The translations under genes and the position numbers were made by a program. Below the pieces are notes generated by a model, which saw only the letters and a program-made list of their open reading frames with translations, did not search any database and had not been told where the DNA came from. From Thiotrichaceae bacterium UBA5859 (GTDB taxonomy: Bacteria; Pseudomonadota; Gammaproteobacteria; UBA5859), in contig DJFZ01000032.1 in assembly GCA_002432655.1 (NCBI GenBank), positions 1,775-65,774 on the forward strand: a stretch of DNA of 64,000 nt, given 5' to 3'. Positions 23,102-34,278 of the stretch are shown in pieces. Each line of letters opens with the position of its first letter. The first letter of the stretch is position 1.

Positions 23102-23728
23102 CTAACTCTGTTTCTCTCTTGCCATACCGCGAATCCAGTAATCCACACTGAAATATCGCCCTGCCCCTACAAAAAATAACGTCAATAACATGATGAAATA
23201 GGTAGCGGCAAACTCAATGCCATTATTTAAGATAACAGGTCGACCATGTTCCGTAATGGTCTCATAGCGTCCTGGATAAGCATCCTTCAACCAACCTAGA
23301 AAACCCTTAAGATCCTGAGCCGCCTGCACGGCGGCATCACTGCTCAAGATATCTGGAGTAGAAGGTGCGATCGCATACCAACCATGTTCTAAGTGAACAG
23401 TCGCGGCAGCCACAACCATGGTCACCATCAGAGGAACCGCTATCCAGCGCACAGCGAATCCGATCAACAAAAATAGTGCACCAACTACTTCTGATAAAGT
23501 TGCTAACCAAGCTAGAATCACAGGAAAAGGTAAACCTAAGCCCCAATCTGGATTGCCAAACCAGGCGATAGTGCTCTCCATACTGTTCAACTTATTGGTA
23601 CCTGCGATCCAGAAAATCGGTACCAAATAGAGCCGCAGTGCCAACGGGCCCAAAAAATCTACCCGTTTTGTCGCATCGAGAATATCCTGACCTTGGTTTC
23701 CTAATTTCTTCAAGAGTTCTATCATCAA
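23102..23728 (-). CDS. DoxX-family membrane protein
   Basis: 208 aa, 4 TM, LRLYLVPIFWIAGTNKL DoxX-like first helix. Confidence 0.5.
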   Translation of the reverse strand: MMIELLKKLGNQGQDILDATKRVDFLGPLALRLYLVPIFWIAGTNKLNSMESTIAWFGNPDWGLGLPFPVILAWLATLSEVVGALFLLIGFAVRWIAVPLMVTMVVAAATVHLEHGWYAIAPSTPDILSSDAAVQAAQDLKGFLGWLKDAYPGRYETITEHGRPVILNNGIEFAATYFIMLLTLFFVGAGRYFSVDYWIRGMAREKQS

Positions 23729-23997
23729 TTTGACCTTTCACATCCTAACGGTATTTGTTGGTTTATGTTCCCGATACGACCAATAGTAAATAACAATATT
23801 ACACTTTCACTAAAAACCAACAAAAAGATCGAGAATAAGGCATCAATTCATAAGAAATTTCTTATTTATCATGACTAGACAAGATTATTTTTACTGTAGC
23901 TTATTAAAAGTGTTGCATAAGTTATCCAGTGAGATAGTATTACACGCTGACAGGAAGTTAATTATCGCAAGCGATTGTCCACCTATAGGGGAAATGA

Positions 23998-24582
23998 ATG
24001 AAACAGAAATCATATCTAACTCCTAACGAAGTGGCCGAGCTGTTAATGGTCTCTCCAATTACTATCCGCCAATGGGCGCAGAAGGGTTTAATTCACGCCG
24101 TGACCACCGCCGGTGGCCACCGAAGATTTAAGTTCAGTGATGTTAAGGCCTTTGCCCGACAAAGGGGTTTGACCCTTAATACGGTAGATTTTGAAAAGCG
24201 CATATTGATTGTAGATTCCAACACTCACCAACAACAGCAGTTGGCAGATAAAATTAAAAGCACGGACGCTGAAGTAGAGATAGAGCAAGCCGAGGATGGC
24301 TTCGATGCTGGGGTCAAGTTGATGACCTTTAAACCGACACAGATCTTTATCAATTTGGACGCGCCAGATCTAATCGGGTACGACATCTGTCGCTATATTA
24401 AGCAAGAACCCGACTTAAAAGCCATTGATATTGTGGCAGTTTTAAGTGAAGAGATAGCGGAAAAAGTAAAACTTGCTGAGTCTGCTGGGGCGAACCATTG
24501 CTTAATCCTGCCGATTGAGGAGACTCAGTTAGAAGCTTGTCTAGGTATAGGCTCTCCCCTATCTACCGGTCAACTAGCCTAG
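23998..24582 (+). CDS. Excisionase/MerR-type HTH fused to a C-terminal receiver-like domain
   Basis: LTPNEVAELLMVSPITIRQWAQKGLIHAVTTAGGHRRFKFSDVKAF is an excisionase-family HTH; it is followed by ILIVDS...IFINLDAPD...IVAVLS receiver-like signature. The conserved Lys appears replaced. Confidence 0.55.
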   Translation: MKQKSYLTPNEVAELLMVSPITIRQWAQKGLIHAVTTAGGHRRFKFSDVKAFARQRGLTLNTVDFEKRILIVDSNTHQQQQLADKIKSTDAEVEIEQAEDGFDAGVKLMTFKPTQIFINLDAPDLIGYDICRYIKQEPDLKAIDIVAVLSEEIAEKVKLAESAGANHCLILPIEETQLEACLGIGSPLSTGQLA

Positions 24583-24722
24583 TGTAAGCAACTAACTCAT
24601 CAATAAGCATTATCTGTATTAATTATGTTAATGTGTTTGGGCTTAAAATAAATTTTTAGGTGCTATGGTGATTCAAGTATTTACAATAGATCTGAGCTAT
24701 TGTAACAAGACGAGAGACACCG

Positions 24723-25154
24723 ATGGCTACTATACTGATAGTTGAAGACGATACCAACATTCGGACTCTTATCACCGAATTCCTAACTCTAAACCATCAT
24801 CATATCATCGAAGCCAAAGACGGCGCCTCTGGGCTGACACAATATCAACTACATTGTCGAGAAATAGACCTCGTCATCACAGATATAGTGATGCCGGGTA
24901 CCGAGGGTGTTGAGTTGATCTTAGAATTGAAACGCATCGATCCAAGTATCCCGATACTCGCGATCTCTGGTGCGGACGTTAGGATCCCGGTCAGCCACCT
25001 GAGTACCGCGAAAGCATTGGGAGCAGATGCCACCCTGAAGAAGCCCTTTAGCTTTAGCACGTTGAAAAACAAGGTAGACAAACTCACGACCATTAATAAG
25101 TATCGGCTCCGACAATTATCAAACACAAAGAATCACTCCACTCCTTTGAAATAA
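24723..25154 (+). CDS. Single-domain CheY-like response regulator
   Basis: ILIVEDD, ITDIVMPG (phospho-Asp), ILAISG, KKP motifs. Confidence 0.8.
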   Translation: MATILIVEDDTNIRTLITEFLTLNHHHIIEAKDGASGLTQYQLHCREIDLVITDIVMPGTEGVELILELKRIDPSIPILAISGADVRIPVSHLSTAKALGADATLKKPFSFSTLKNKVDKLTTINKYRLRQLSNTKNHSTPLK

Positions 25155-25451
25155 TAATCTGCTAAAAGATGACTGAAGCAAACGCGAACCGTGCTAACTA
25201 TGTTCAGGGTCGTAGCAGAATTGCTGGAATATAGACTCATCCATTGAATGTACAGCCGGAGTAACACGCCAATACTAGCTACTGAAAAAGCACCTCTTAG
25301 CAGCCCTCTCCTTAAATCCATTTTGAGGCCAGCAATCCCTTAAAATATTGTCAGTTATTTTCAATAAAAAACAATGATATACTGTTGTGCTCTTAGTCTG
25401 AATTTAAAATAGAGAACATCTCCTAGAGACATCTGCAAATCCATCCATCTT

Positions 25452-28400
25452 ATGCCGCAAAAAGACTCCGCTAATTTAGCCTCACTATTAGGTAAGAATA
25501 TCTTAATCATTGATGGCGCAATGGGAACCATGGTTCAAGCTTACCGGCTAGATGAGCAGGATTACCGTGGTGCTCGATTTATAGATCATACCTGTGATTT
25601 AAAGGGCAATAATGATCTGCTCACCCTCACACAACCTCAGATTGTGAAAGATATCCACGCTGCTTACTTGCAAGCGGGCGCCCATATCATTGAGACCAAC
25701 ACCTTCAATGCCACACATATATCCCAGGCAGATTATCAGCTGGAGGAAATAGTATTCGAACTCAATCAACGAAGCGCCGAATTGGCCAAGCAAGCGTGCG
25801 AGGAAGCTTACACTAAAAATCCCAATATCCCGCGATTTGTCGCCGGCGTTCTGGGTCCCACAAATCGCACTGCTAGCATCTCGCCCGACGTAAACGATCC
25901 TGGCTCTCGCAATGTGAACTTCGATCAACTGGTGCTTGCCTACCGTGAAGCCACCTCCGGCTTGGTGGCAGGTGGCGCAGACATTTTGCTCATAGAAACT
26001 ATATTCGACACGCTCAACTGTAAAGCCGCTATCTATGCCATTGCTGACTATTTCTCAGCAACCGGCAACCAATTACCGGTGATGATCTCTGGCACTATCA
26101 CAGATGCCAGCGGAAGGACTTTGTCGGGACAAACTACCGAAGCGTTTTGGAATTCCGTCAACCATATCAATCCTATCTCCATCGGACTCAATTGCGCATT
26201 GGGTGCGCAAGAGCTAAGACCTTACATTGAAGAATTATCGAGCATTGCGACTTGTCATGTCAGCGCCCATCCGAATGCGGGTCTGCCCAACGAATTTGGT
26301 GAGTACGAACAAACACCAGAACAAATGGCAGATATTCTAGAAGAGTTTGCCGATAGCGGCTTTCTCAATCTAGTAGGTGGCTGTTGCGGTACAACACCCA
26401 ATCACATCCGTGCTTTAGCCAATCGCATGGCAAGCAAAACACCTCGTGCCTTACCCAAGATCCCACCCCAGCTGAGGTTGTCGGGATTGGAGCCGTTGAA
26501 TGTTGGTGAATCCACGCTATTTGTTAATGTGGGCGAACGAACGAATGTTACCGGCTCGAAACGCTTTGCCAATCTGATTAAAGCGGGAGATTACGAAACG
26601 GCATTGGATGTCGCCCGCCAACAAGTGGAGAACGGCGCTCAAATTATAGATATCAACATGGATGAAGGCATGCTCGACTCACTCGCAGCGATGAAAACCT
26701 TTCTCCATCTAGTAGCTTCCGAACCAGATATTAGCCGCGTACCGATCATGCTGGACTCATCCAAATGGGAGGTGATTGAAACGGGACTAAAATGTATCCA
26801 AGGCAAAGGCATTGTTAATTCTATCAGTCTGAAAGAAGGCGAAGAGAAGTTTCTCGAATGTGCCCGTACTATTCGTCGCTACGGCGCAGCAATTATTGTG
26901 ATGGCATTCGATGAACAAGGCCAAGCTGACACTCGTGCCCGTAAAGTGGAAATCTGCAAGCGTTCATATGACCTACTTGTGAATCAAGCTGGCATCCCAC
27001 CAGAAGATATTATCTTTGACCCTAACATTTTCGCTATCGCCACAGGTATTGAAGAACACAACAACTACGCTTTGGATTTTATCGAAGCGACAAAAGAGAT
27101 CAAACAGACTTTAGCCTACGCTAAAATTAGTGGTGGCGTGAGCAATGTTTCTTTCTCTTTTAGAGGCAACAATCCAGTACGCGAGGCAATACATTCAGTC
27201 TTTCTCTACCACGCAGTACAAGCCGGGATGGATATGGGTATTGTCAATGCTGGCCAGCTCACTGTGTACGAAGATATTCCCACTTCGTTGCGGGAAGCAG
27301 TAGAAGATGTAGTCTTGAACCGTCGTTCGGACGCCACAGAGCGCTTGTTGTCTTTGGCCTCCGAAGTCAAAGGCGTAGAAAAAACTGACGTACAAGATCT
27401 CGCTTGGCGGCAAACCTCGGTCGCGGAACGACTGTCTTACGCCTTAGTAAAAGGTATCACTGAGTATATTGAAGAGGATACCGAAGAAGCTCGACTAAAC
27501 TCAAATCGGCCGTTAGATGTCATCGAAGGTCCTTTAATGGATGGCATGAATCGCGTTGGCGATCTGTTTGGCGCGGGAAAAATGTTTTTACCTCAGGTTG
27601 TGAAAAGCGCTCGCGTGATGAAAAAAGCTGTGGCCTATCTCATCCCCTATATTGAGCAAGAAAAACTGAGGACTGGTAATCAATCAAAATCGAATGGCCG
27701 AATTTTGCTGGCCACGGTGAAAGGTGATGTACACGATATCGGTAAAAATATCGTGGGCGTAGTATTGCAATGCAATAATTACGAAGTAATCGATCTGGGC
27801 GTCATGGTACCTACCCAAGAAATACTCAAAATCGCGCAACAGAAGCAAGTGGACATTATCGGCTTAAGTGGGCTAATTACTCCTTCCTTAGAAGAAATGA
27901 GCCACGTCGCTAAAGAGATGCAAAGACAACAGTTCGCTATACCATTGCTGATCGGTGGCGCCACCACATCTAGAGTACACACAGCAGTGAAAATTGCGCC
28001 TCATTATGATCATACATCCGTTTATGTTAAAGATGCTTCGCGAGCCGTTGGTGTCGTCAGTCAATTAGTAAGTGACACGCTTCAAGCTGAATACACTGAA
28101 AAAATTGCCGCCGAGTATCAACAAATCAGGGAACGACATAAACAAAAACAACTAGCAGCAAAGTGGCTGAGTATCGATAGCGCAAGAAAGAACAGACTGC
28201 AATCAGATTGGTCCGAAGTAGAAATAGCGATACCGAAAGAGCCAGGAATTCACATACTCAAAAACTACTCTCTCAAGCAGCTACAAGACACTATCGATTG
28301 GACGCCGTTTTTTCAGTCATGGGAGTTAGCGGGACGGTTCCCTAAAATATTAGCGGATGAAAAAGTCGGTAAACAGGCTCAACAGCTTTATCAGGATGCT

Positions 28401-29156
28401 GAGGAACTGTTACAGAAGATTATCAACGATGAGTTACTGACCGCTCATGCTATCTTCGGTCTTTTCCCAGCTAATAGTGTGGGTGACGACATAGAAGTCT
28501 ACGCGGATGAAAATCGCAGTTCAGTGATTCAGGTGTTGCATACTCTCAGACAACAAAGTGAAAAACCAACCGGCAAACCCAATCTAGCGTTGGCTGATTT
28601 TATTGTACCGAAATCGACCGGGCGCACCGACTATATCGGGGCTTTCTGTGTCACTGCAGGCTTTGGGGTAGATGAATTGGTCGCTGAATTCGAAAAACAA
28701 CACGATGATTACAGCGCCATTATGGTCAAAGCTCTGGCTGACCGACTAGCAGAATCCTTCGCCGAACATTTACATCAATTGGTTCGTCAACGTTTCTGGG
28801 CGTATGCAGAAGAAGAATCCCTTAGCAATAATGAGTTAATTGATGAGGCATATCAGGGTATACGGCCTGCGCCAGGCTACCCTGCCTGCCCAGATCATAC
28901 TGAAAAACAGACTATTTGGTCTCTCCTACAGGTTCAGGAAAAAATCGGTGTCAGCCTCACTGAAAGTCTAGCTATGTTTCCCACCGCTTCTGTCAGTGGT
29001 CTATACATCGCACATCCTGGAGCACGCTACTTCGGCTTAGGAAAAATTTACCGCGATCAGATAGAAGATTACGCCGCCCGGAAAAACATGGACATCAACT
29101 TGGTGGAAAAATGGCTTGCCCCCAACTTGGGTTACGATCCGGAAGACGAAAATTAG
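25452..29156 (+). CDS. metH: Cobalamin-dependent methionine synthase
   Basis: 1234 aa covering Hcy-binding, pterin-binding, B12-binding ([14 protein letters not shown]) and AdoMet activation domains. Confidence 0.95.
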   Translation: MPQKDSANLASLLGKNILIIDGAMGTMVQAYRLDEQDYRGARFIDHTCDLKGNNDLLTLTQPQIVKDIHAAYLQAGAHIIETNTFNATHISQADYQLEEIVFELNQRSAELAKQACEEAYTKNPNIPRFVAGVLGPTNRTASISPDVNDPGSRNVNFDQLVLAYREATSGLVAGGADILLIETIFDTLNCKAAIYAIADYFSATGNQLPVMISGTITDASGRTLSGQTTEAFWNSVNHINPISIGLNCALGAQELRPYIEELSSIATCHVSAHPNAGLPNEFGEYEQTPEQMADILEEFADSGFLNLVGGCCGTTPNHIRALANRMASKTPRALPKIPPQLRLSGLEPLNVGESTLFVNVGERTNVTGSKRFANLIKAGDYETALDVARQQVENGAQIIDINMDEGMLDSLAAMKTFLHLVASEPDISRVPIMLDSSKWEVIETGLKCIQGKGIVNSISLKEGEEKFLECARTIRRYGAAIIVMAFDEQGQADTRARKVEICKRSYDLLVNQAGIPPEDIIFDPNIFAIATGIEEHNNYALDFIEATKEIKQTLAYAKISGGVSNVSFSFRGNNPVREAIHSVFLYHAVQAGMDMGIVNAGQLTVYEDIPTSLREAVEDVVLNRRSDATERLLSLASEVKGVEKTDVQDLAWRQTSVAERLSYALVKGITEYIEEDTEEARLNSNRPLDVIEGPLMDGMNRVGDLFGAGKMFLPQVVKSARVMKKAVAYLIPYIEQEKLRTGNQSKSNGRILLATVKGDVHDIGKNIVGVVLQCNNYEVIDLGVMVPTQEILKIAQQKQVDIIGLSGLITPSLEEMSHVAKEMQRQQFAIPLLIGGATTSRVHTAVKIAPHYDHTSVYVKDASRAVGVVSQLVSDTLQAEYTEKIAAEYQQIRERHKQKQLAAKWLSIDSARKNRLQSDWSEVEIAIPKEPGIHILKNYSLKQLQDTIDWTPFFQSWELAGRFPKILADEKVGKQAQQLYQDAEELLQKIINDELLTAHAIFGLFPANSVGDDIEVYADENRSSVIQVLHTLRQQSEKPTGKPNLALADFIVPKSTGRTDYIGAFCVTAGFGVDELVAEFEKQHDDYSAIMVKALADRLAESFAEHLHQLVRQRFWAYAEEESLSNNELIDEAYQGIRPAPGYPACPDHTEKQTIWSLLQVQEKIGVSLTESLAMFPTASVSGLYIAHPGARYFGLGKIYRDQIEDYAARKNMDINLVEKWLAPNLGYDPEDEN

Positions 29157-29335
29157 AGCAAACTCATCAACCAACTTCGGCCTTTTTGTAGGCGCGCTCT
29201 TTAATTAAACAATCGGTATTGATTAAAGTATTTTCAATAACAAGCGACACTCTAAAATATGTGACTAAGGGGTTTCCCTCAGGCTCCCGTCTGCAAAAAA
29301 TACAAAATCTCCGAATAACTTTATTATAAAGACGA

Positions 29336-30049
29336 TTGCCTGGTGCCGTGAGCGATACATTGATTCAATACGACTTCCGCCTTTCTGAGGAACTATTCGA
29401 ATATCAAGTAAGACTTGATCCAAACTCCCTTGCAATCACCGAAGAAAATGAAACTTATCCGGATTGGGTATTGCTACAGTTTCACCAATGTCCACACTGC
29501 CCACTCAAACCCGAAGAAACCCAATACTGTCCCTTGGCAAAGCATATCAGTCATGCAGTGGATTTTTTCGCGGAAATGCCCTCCTTTGAACAACTTCAGG
29601 TAGCCGTTTCCACCAAAGATCGAAAGTTCTTAATGCAAACAGATGCACAAGACGGTATGCGCTCCTTGTTAGGTCTAATTATGGCTACCGCGGGATGTCC
29701 ACACATGAACTGGTTTAAACCCATGGCTAGATTCCACCTCCCAAAAGCTAATTTGGCAGAAACAATTTATCGTGTGACCTCTATGTATCTTTTAGCACAA
29801 CATTTTGTTGCCAAAAATGGAGGCGAACCAGATTGGGAACTGCGAAAACTACCGGAACTCTACGGCAATGTGGATTTAGTCAATACCTATATCTTAAAGC
29901 GACTACGATCTTTTATTAGTAAAGATTGTTCCCTTAACGCATTGGTCATTCTCACGGTATTTTCAACACAATTGAACGAATCTGTTACAGAACCCCTAGC
30001 TGAGTTGGAATATCTATTTAGCGATTTCCTACCCTCTCCTCACACCTGA
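29336..30049 (+). CDS. Hypothetical Cys/His-rich protein; start codon uncertain (TTG in track)
   Basis: Open 237-codon frame; motifs CPHCPL, YCPL, AGCPHMNW could form a metal site; no family recognised. Confidence 0.35.
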   Translation: MPGAVSDTLIQYDFRLSEELFEYQVRLDPNSLAITEENETYPDWVLLQFHQCPHCPLKPEETQYCPLAKHISHAVDFFAEMPSFEQLQVAVSTKDRKFLMQTDAQDGMRSLLGLIMATAGCPHMNWFKPMARFHLPKANLAETIYRVTSMYLLAQHFVAKNGGEPDWELRKLPELYGNVDLVNTYILKRLRSFISKDCSLNALVILTVFSTQLNESVTEPLAELEYLFSDFLPSPHT

Positions 30050-30164
30050 CAATCTAGTGGCATTTTAATATACTCTTCCCTAGGCATTCTCTGTCGCTTC
30101 GGTTTTATGAGATCCTTATTGAATATCTGTTTCCACCAATTCATCTACGGCAGCTATCTAAAAT

Positions 30165-30827
30165 ATGTCCTTAACCACCACCCCGATAAATGAAATACTA
30201 AATCAGTATATACAGGATATTGGTATCCGTGAGCCGGAAGTCCTCAAGGCGATTCGTACGGCCTCTAAGGATCACCCACTAGCAGCAATGCAAGTGGCCC
30301 CGGAGCAAGGGCAATTCCTAGCCATCATTCTCAAACTGATGAATGCTCGTCGAATATTAGAAATCGGTACATTCTTAGGATACAGCGCGACCGCCTTTGC
30401 GTTGGCTTTAGGAGAAGATGGTGAGGTAGTAACTTGCGATATACGTCAAGATTGGGGGGAACTAGCCAAAGCGAACTGGCAAAAAGCGGGCGTGGATGGG
30501 ATCATCTCTCAGAAGATTGGACCTGCTACGGAGACTCTAGTTGCATTACGTGGGACACTGGGGGATGGATATTTTGACTTTGCCTTTATCGATGCGAATA
30601 AACAAGATTATCTGACCTACTACGAACACTGTTTAAAGTTGGTTCGTAGAGGTGGATTAATTACCATCGACAATACGCTCTGGAATGGAGAAGTCGTTGA
30701 TTCAAATTCAACAGACAACAAGGTAGCTGCGATAAGGCAATTTAACGCTTTTGTCCACCAGGATCAGCGTGTTGATATCTGTCTCACACCCGTTGGTGAT
30801 GGCTGTACACTACTATATGTGAGATGA
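30165..30827 (+). CDS. Class I SAM-dependent O-methyltransferase (caffeoyl-CoA OMT family 3-like)
   Basis: LEIGTFLGYSATAFALAL glycine-rich SAM motif, EVVTCDI acidic loop, ~220 aa size typical of the family. Confidence 0.75.
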   Translation: MSLTTTPINEILNQYIQDIGIREPEVLKAIRTASKDHPLAAMQVAPEQGQFLAIILKLMNARRILEIGTFLGYSATAFALALGEDGEVVTCDIRQDWGELAKANWQKAGVDGIISQKIGPATETLVALRGTLGDGYFDFAFIDANKQDYLTYYEHCLKLVRRGGLITIDNTLWNGEVVDSNSTDNKVAAIRQFNAFVHQDQRVDICLTPVGDGCTLLYVR

Positions 30828-30873
30828 TTAATAGATTCCGATTCGACTAGTAAACTCATCCCACTGGTTAAGC

Positions 30874-31962
30874 TTATGGGGTAGTGGTCGCAAGTTCTCC
30901 CGTAAGCTCACGAATTTGTTGCTGCCTTTCGGGGTCTTCTCTATGTAGCTCTAGGACAAACTGGAAAAATTCAGCGCTACTATCCACTGAACCCACAGCC
31001 ACCAAAGTCCGTCCGATTTCCATAAAGATTCGCTCATCCTCTTTGTCTATTTTTTGGACTTCTTTATAATATTTTTTTACTTCATCCAAATTACCACGAA
31101 TGGCTGCCACTTTGGCTAACCCACTCCAAGCGAACTTGTTATTAGTTTTTTGCAGAACCTGACGACAGGTATTTTCGGCATCTTCCAGCCTGCCCACATT
31201 TCTATAGGCATCTCCGAGCCGGGTTAACATCTCAATGGTGCCTTCATGCCTAGTTAAAATGCGCTCCCAATGACTGATTGCTTGTTCATACTGTTGTTGC
31301 CATCGCAAACAGTCACCCATTCCAAATAATGCATAGGCATTAAATGGCTCTTCGTCTAAAGCTATCGAGTAGTAACTCTTGGCTTGTTCAAATTCTTTTT
31401 TATAGCGATAAATATTACCCGCCATAGTCAGCACGTGTACCGACCGTGGATCCTGTTCCAATACCTTCAAATAATGAACCAAGGCCTGATCCGCACGTTC
31501 GGTTTTTTGATACAGATCTGCAATACCAATGAGTGCGTAACGATCTTTAGCATTTATCTCCAAGGCCTTATTGTAGAAACTTTCAGAGTCTAGATAGTTG
31601 CCAATTTTTTTATAGGCATCGGCCACGCGAGTAATCACGAAAATATCATTCGGGCGTTCTTCAAGATATTTTAGCCACACCTCAGCCGCGTCTATGTATC
31701 GATGTAATCCTCGATAGGCATCTCCCAGGCCTCTAAGCGAAAATACATTCTTTGGATCCACCTTGAGTACGGAAAGATAGCATTGAGTGGCTTCACTGAA
31801 TTCTTTACAGCGACGTAACACATCGCCCAGCCCCGTCAAGGCATATGCATTCTGAGACTCAATATGCAATGCCTTTTCAAAACTTGCGCGTGCGTCTTGG
31901 AGGTTATTTTGTTTGGAAAAGCGATTGCCTTGTTTACAAAGCTCAACGACCGTGGAATGCAT
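30874..31962 (-). CDS. Cytoplasmic TPR-repeat protein
   Basis: Repeated A..Y...G.....A...Y.KAL..P 34-residue units across 362 aa; no signal peptide. Confidence 0.65.
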   Translation of the reverse strand: MHSTVVELCKQGNRFSKQNNLQDARASFEKALHIESQNAYALTGLGDVLRRCKEFSEATQCYLSVLKVDPKNVFSLRGLGDAYRGLHRYIDAAEVWLKYLEERPNDIFVITRVADAYKKIGNYLDSESFYNKALEINAKDRYALIGIADLYQKTERADQALVHYLKVLEQDPRSVHVLTMAGNIYRYKKEFEQAKSYYSIALDEEPFNAYALFGMGDCLRWQQQYEQAISHWERILTRHEGTIEMLTRLGDAYRNVGRLEDAENTCRQVLQKTNNKFAWSGLAKVAAIRGNLDEVKKYYKEVQKIDKEDERIFMEIGRTLVAVGSVDSSAEFFQFVLELHREDPERQQQIRELTGELATTTP

Positions 31963-32293
31963 TTAGAAATCCTTTATACTCCATTTGTACTCATTTTAAG
32001 CAGTTCGATTGAAGCGTTAATCGGGGTTTTAACAATGTGTTAGTCATCAAAATATGGGTGACGAACAGCTATTTTCGGTATCGGCTCAGGGGCAGAAAAA
32101 GTAAGCCGAAAAGCACCCCCGACGGATCGCTATTGTGCCGCCTTGAGACAAACGAAAAATACTAGAGAAAAGCTAAAATTTATCTCTTAATCAATCTGTT
32201 ATATAAATGACAGGGCTATTAGAAAGGGGACTTATTTATCCGAATTAGGATAACAAGCAAAGAGTTAAAACGATAAACGGGTAAAATTATAGT

Positions 32294-32977
32294 CTACACG
32301 GCGGCCGGTAACAGAGCGTCTTCATTCTCCACGGCGCTTTTGTACTCCGCCTCTACACGGCTATGAAAATATCTTCTATTTTCCTTCAGAGCTTGGAGCA
32401 CTTGTTGAGGTCTTCCTACGTAGGGCACCCGCTTGCCCCGATGCCGGCACTCTTGTCCACACTGCTTTAACTCAATACCTAATGAGCGATAGACGCGCAA
32501 AAGTGTGAGAGGCACAATACCGACGATGCCCTCAACCTCTGCTTGATCTGAATGAGCCGAAGCGGCGCGCAACATACCCGCGATAATCGGCTTCTCCGGG
32601 CGAATGGTTTCCCTCTTTAAGCCTACTCCGATCAGCGTTTGAATAGCCAATTCTCTATCGATACACAGACGCGACAGCTCGACAATTTTTCCATGACGGC
32701 ATTTATTTAAGATGCCATCATCCAACTCAGTAATCAGTGCTGAGGGTATTTGCGGATTAGACGAAATCAAGCGAAATCCTGCCACAATCGCATGAGATGC
32801 TTTGGATTTAACAATAAAATGGCTAGAAGTTTGATCGAAGAAATCCCGCTCCATTCTATCTTTGCTGACCCGCTCAAACTGCTTTAATTCACAAAATATT
32901 CGATGTCTTAACCTAAAGTGAGCCAGTCTTGTTTCTTCATCATTTGCCAATATTACTTCAAAATGATCATCGAACAT
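32294..32977 (-). CDS. LuxI/FeeM-like GNAT-fold acyltransferase, paralog A (resembles PEP-CTERM/exosortase-associated acyltransferases)
   Basis: FRLRHRIFCEL...ELSRLCIDRE...HGKRVPYVG motifs are shared with the downstream paralog and with autoinducer-synthase/N-acyl amino acid synthase-like families. Confidence 0.55.
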   Translation of the reverse strand: MFDDHFEVILANDEETRLAHFRLRHRIFCELKQFERVSKDRMERDFFDQTSSHFIVKSKASHAIVAGFRLISSNPQIPSALITELDDGILNKCRHGKIVELSRLCIDRELAIQTLIGVGLKRETIRPEKPIIAGMLRAASAHSDQAEVEGIVGIVPLTLLRVYRSLGIELKQCGQECRHRGKRVPYVGRPQQVLQALKENRRYFHSRVEAEYKSAVENEDALLPAAV

Positions 32978-33305
32978 CTACATAAACCTTCCTTGAATAC
33001 TGCTTTCAATATCTCCGCTGGAGATTAACTTTTTACGTTTCTAGGCACTGCGCGGGGTTAAAACCCAGATTGACTCATCTTATAGCGACTGGATTGTGCT
33101 CAGATTGAAGACGGGATCACCTTCGGATTGGCTCACTTCCGCCCTCTATCTATCGATGAAAAAATGAATTTATCAATAAAAATAAGGTGTTGGGAGGTTA
33201 ATCTAGAGTATAAAAACAAAAGTCGAACCTTTTCAACAGATTTAATATATTTCAGCGTTTATTCAACATCGTTTTTATTAAATTTTTCTTAATAATGCAC
33301 AACTT

Positions 33306-34121
33306 TTAAACATGATTAACGCAAGAACGCGGTGGATGCCAATAACACTCTCCATTGGTAATAAAATGGTAAACTTCCGGGCGCAAATGTTGAATGCCCA
33401 ACAAAACCTCTTCCACGCTGTTAAAAACCGGAACCCTCTTGCCATGGTATTCCACGTCCGTTCCAATACGCATAAATTCGATACCAAATCTCTTTAAAAG
33501 CCGTAACAACATAGGTTCCATCACCGCAAACCAATTATCAATGCCTTGGTCCGCACTCATTTGCACAATCGAACGGAACAGCCCTAAGGTGATATAGGGT
33601 AGATAGCGACGCTCATTGCTCATCGGTCCCTCATCCAATTGTTGAACAGCTTTATTGGTTATACCATGATGTACGTTTTGCTCACCAATGCGTCGTCGAA
33701 ACTCGCGAGAAACAGCAAATCTAGAAATTTCTGCAGCCGTCTTTCTGGTTTGGGAAGATACGCGGTAGCCGTAGTTTGCCAAACTAGTTCCACAATGCTG
33801 TTCAATCGGAAGCAGACTAAATTCTGAGCCATCCATCGGCAGGACCAACCGTACAGTTGCGGCATCCCAACCTGTTCTTTTATGGCGGATCAGGCAGTGT
33901 ACTGATCGACTATCGTAAATATCCCGCTCTAATCCACGATAACATTGTTGAGGATTTTCAAACGGATGCTCCAAACAATACACTTGATAACGTAGCCGAA
34001 ATACTGCGTCAAGCATTTCATCAGTTTTCACAGGCAAGATTTCGAAATAGTCGAAAAAATGATCTAACTCACTTTGTGTGGCGCTCCTGCCTAGCTCCCT
34101 TGAAACTTGTTTACTCATCAT
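33306..34121 (-). CDS. LuxI/FeeM-like GNAT-fold acyltransferase, paralog B
   Basis: FRLRYQVYCLEH...EISRFAVSREFRRR...YHGKRVPVFN; clearly alignable with paralog A along its length, with an extra N-terminal ~20 aa and internal indels. Confidence 0.55.
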   Translation of the reverse strand: MMSKQVSRELGRSATQSELDHFFDYFEILPVKTDEMLDAVFRLRYQVYCLEHPFENPQQCYRGLERDIYDSRSVHCLIRHKRTGWDAATVRLVLPMDGSEFSLLPIEQHCGTSLANYGYRVSSQTRKTAAEISRFAVSREFRRRIGEQNVHHGITNKAVQQLDEGPMSNERRYLPYITLGLFRSIVQMSADQGIDNWFAVMEPMLLRLLKRFGIEFMRIGTDVEYHGKRVPVFNSVEEVLLGIQHLRPEVYHFITNGECYWHPPRSCVNHV

Positions 34122-34278
34122 GGCGACTGTGGCCTACTTTCCGAATAATTATATTTACTATAATAATAGTCGACCCGATATTGTCCCTATTGAGTGTCTA
34201 ATATTTAAACAGTTGTGAACCTGGTCGCAAAAATTAATATTTATTTATATGTAGAAAGAGGGCTTAACCTGGATACGG

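Noticed and set aside
25155-25451. Possible cobalamin riboswitch upstream of metH
   Set aside because: I could not recognise a B12-box-like conserved core or the paired stems by eye. Cobalamin riboswitches normally control metE or btuB rather than metH. A cmscan is needed to be sure.
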